Assembly: GCF_006345805.1 (NCBI RefSeq) | Contig: NC_043001.1 | Location: forward strand, 30,504,001 to 30,568,000 | Reading direction: 5' to 3' | DNA from: Octopus sinensis | Taxonomy: Eukaryota | DNA: 64,000 bases | In this document: piece by piece, positions 62,851 through 64,000 of the stretch | Layout: the number at the start of each line of letters is the position of its first letter | How positions within the stretch are numbered: position 1 is the first letter of the stretch | Position numbers and translations under genes: made by a program | The notes under the pieces: model-generated | What the model was told of the DNA's origin: nothing | The model's input: the letters and a program-made list of their open reading frames with translations, nothing else | The model's database searches: none

Positions 62851-62990
62851 TAATCCAAACAAGAAAACACAATAAAACCAAAAAAAAACACAACAATGCA
62901 AGGACGTGGAACAAATAAGGAAAGAAGGGAAGAAGGAGGGTTTAACGTTTCTTCGTCGGTAACATAGGAGAAGGAAAGATCCAGAGAAGG
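62850..62990 (-). mobile_element. Sister copy of the 43456 hammerhead family with stem II deleted
   Basis: Minus strand ctatgtta-CCGACGA-ag-AAACGTT-aaac versus ctatgttt-CTGATGA-agagctccgctcg-AAAC at 43452-43483. Confidence 0.5.
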
Positions 62991-63139
62991 GATACACACA
63001 CACACACACACAAATATATATATATATATATACATATCATTCATTTTTCATTCATTTCCATTTTATCTAGTTTCAGCTCATGAGCTGTGGCCAAAACTGT
63101 GGCAATACTGGGGGCACCACCTTGAATGTTGAGTTTGAC

Positions 63140-63875
63140 CTATGATGTGCTTGTGCATTAAGTTTTAACGTTCTAGCTCACTTCTGATGTTTACAGCAGT
63201 GCTTGGAGGGAAGGTGTGTAGCGTGTGATCATCGCATTGACCAAGACAGAGGAAGTTGTCATGGTGATACCTGCACAGAGGCCTACATAAAGTTGCAGAA
63301 AGTGTATGGAGAGGAGTGTATGAGCTGCACACAAGTGCATGAGTGGTCCAGATGTTTACAAGATGACCAAAAAAATGTTGAAAATGACTAACCTTCTGAG
63401 AGACTTGCAACCAGCAGAACTGAGAAAAGCTTTGCAGATGTGCATGCAGCTTTGAGGAGAAATCTTCAAATCACCATCCATGAGTTATCAGAGGATGTGC
63501 AGATTAGTTACAGGTCCGTTCAGTCCATTATCACAGAAGATTTGGGTATGAGACGTGTGTCTCAGAAGTTTGTGCCAAAACTGCTTTCAGCTGACCAAAA
63601 AGACACTCAGGTTTCAGTTGCACAAGATTTCCTTGATTGTGTCAAGAACGATGGAAACTTTTTGAAAACTTTGTGTAGGCCTCTGAGCAGGCATTGCCAA
63701 GCTTTTGACAAAATTTGATGCAGATTCTCTGCTCGGCTTTCTCTGTTATGGTCAATGTAATGATCACACACTACACACCTTCCTTCCAAGCACTGCTGTA
63801 AACAGTGGAAGTGAGCTAGAACATTAAAACTTAGTGTACATGCACAGCAGAGTTCAAAGTCAATCTGTACCAAAC
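63140..63875 (+). mobile_element. Mariner derivative whose right end is an inverted copy of its 5' region
   Basis: Transposase N-terminus (TEAY.KLQKVYGEECMS.TQV.EW, EDLGMRRVS.KFVPKLLS) at ~63230-63680. 63720-63870 is the reverse complement of ~63150-63270. Confidence 0.75.
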
Positions 63876-64000
63876 AGCTTCACCCTGTATGCTTTAGCTT
63901 CATTACTATGGCAACAGTCTGGATACTTACTGATCAGACAAACTTCTAAGTTAAGGGGACGTAAACACACCAACATTGGTTGTCATGTGGCTTGGTGGGA

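Noticed and set aside
33256-64000. GSTCD, the vertebrate neighbour of INTS12
   Set aside because: No recognisable GSTCD motifs in candidate exons on either strand.
1-64000. CRISPR arrays, rRNA, prokaryotic operons or horizontally acquired genes
   Set aside because: None seen. Periodic sequences are microsatellites or SINE modules without unique spacers, and the gene structure is spliceosomal.

Overview
AT-rich, repeat-dense eukaryotic genomic DNA. The SINE, LINE and microsatellite landscape is what I recognise from octopod cephalopods (inference, not checked by alignment). It contains one complete protein-coding gene, INTS12 (Integrator subunit 12, PHD finger): six coding exons at 13490-33255 on +, 390 aa, all GT-AG and phase-consistent. 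INTS12 lies head-to-head with the first coding exon of HIKESHI/OPI10 (6443-6472, -; MFGVIVAGRF followed by a GTGAGT donor) across a compact ETS/CCAAT bidirectional promoter. The rest of HIKESHI must lie left of position 1. Most of the remaining sequence is transposon-derived: several tRNA-derived SINE families, young and old CR1 LINEs, RTE fragments, four Helitrons, mariner and Tigger relics, piggyBac/hAT/Tc1-type MITEs and a Penelope GIY-YIG fragment. The most interesting signal is a set of sequence-unrelated short retroposed elements that carry minimal type I hammerhead ribozymes (HHR) with palindromic stem III, and fold-back insertions, two with 12-13 bp target-site duplications (TSD). One of these (12274-12917) contains a complete circularly permuted ~355-nt monomer plus an inverted partial copy, as expected from a retrozyme/Penelope pseudo-LTR (pLTR) circular or tandem RNA template. 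It probably lies in the 5' UTR intron of INTS12. All calls are by eye; no searches were run.
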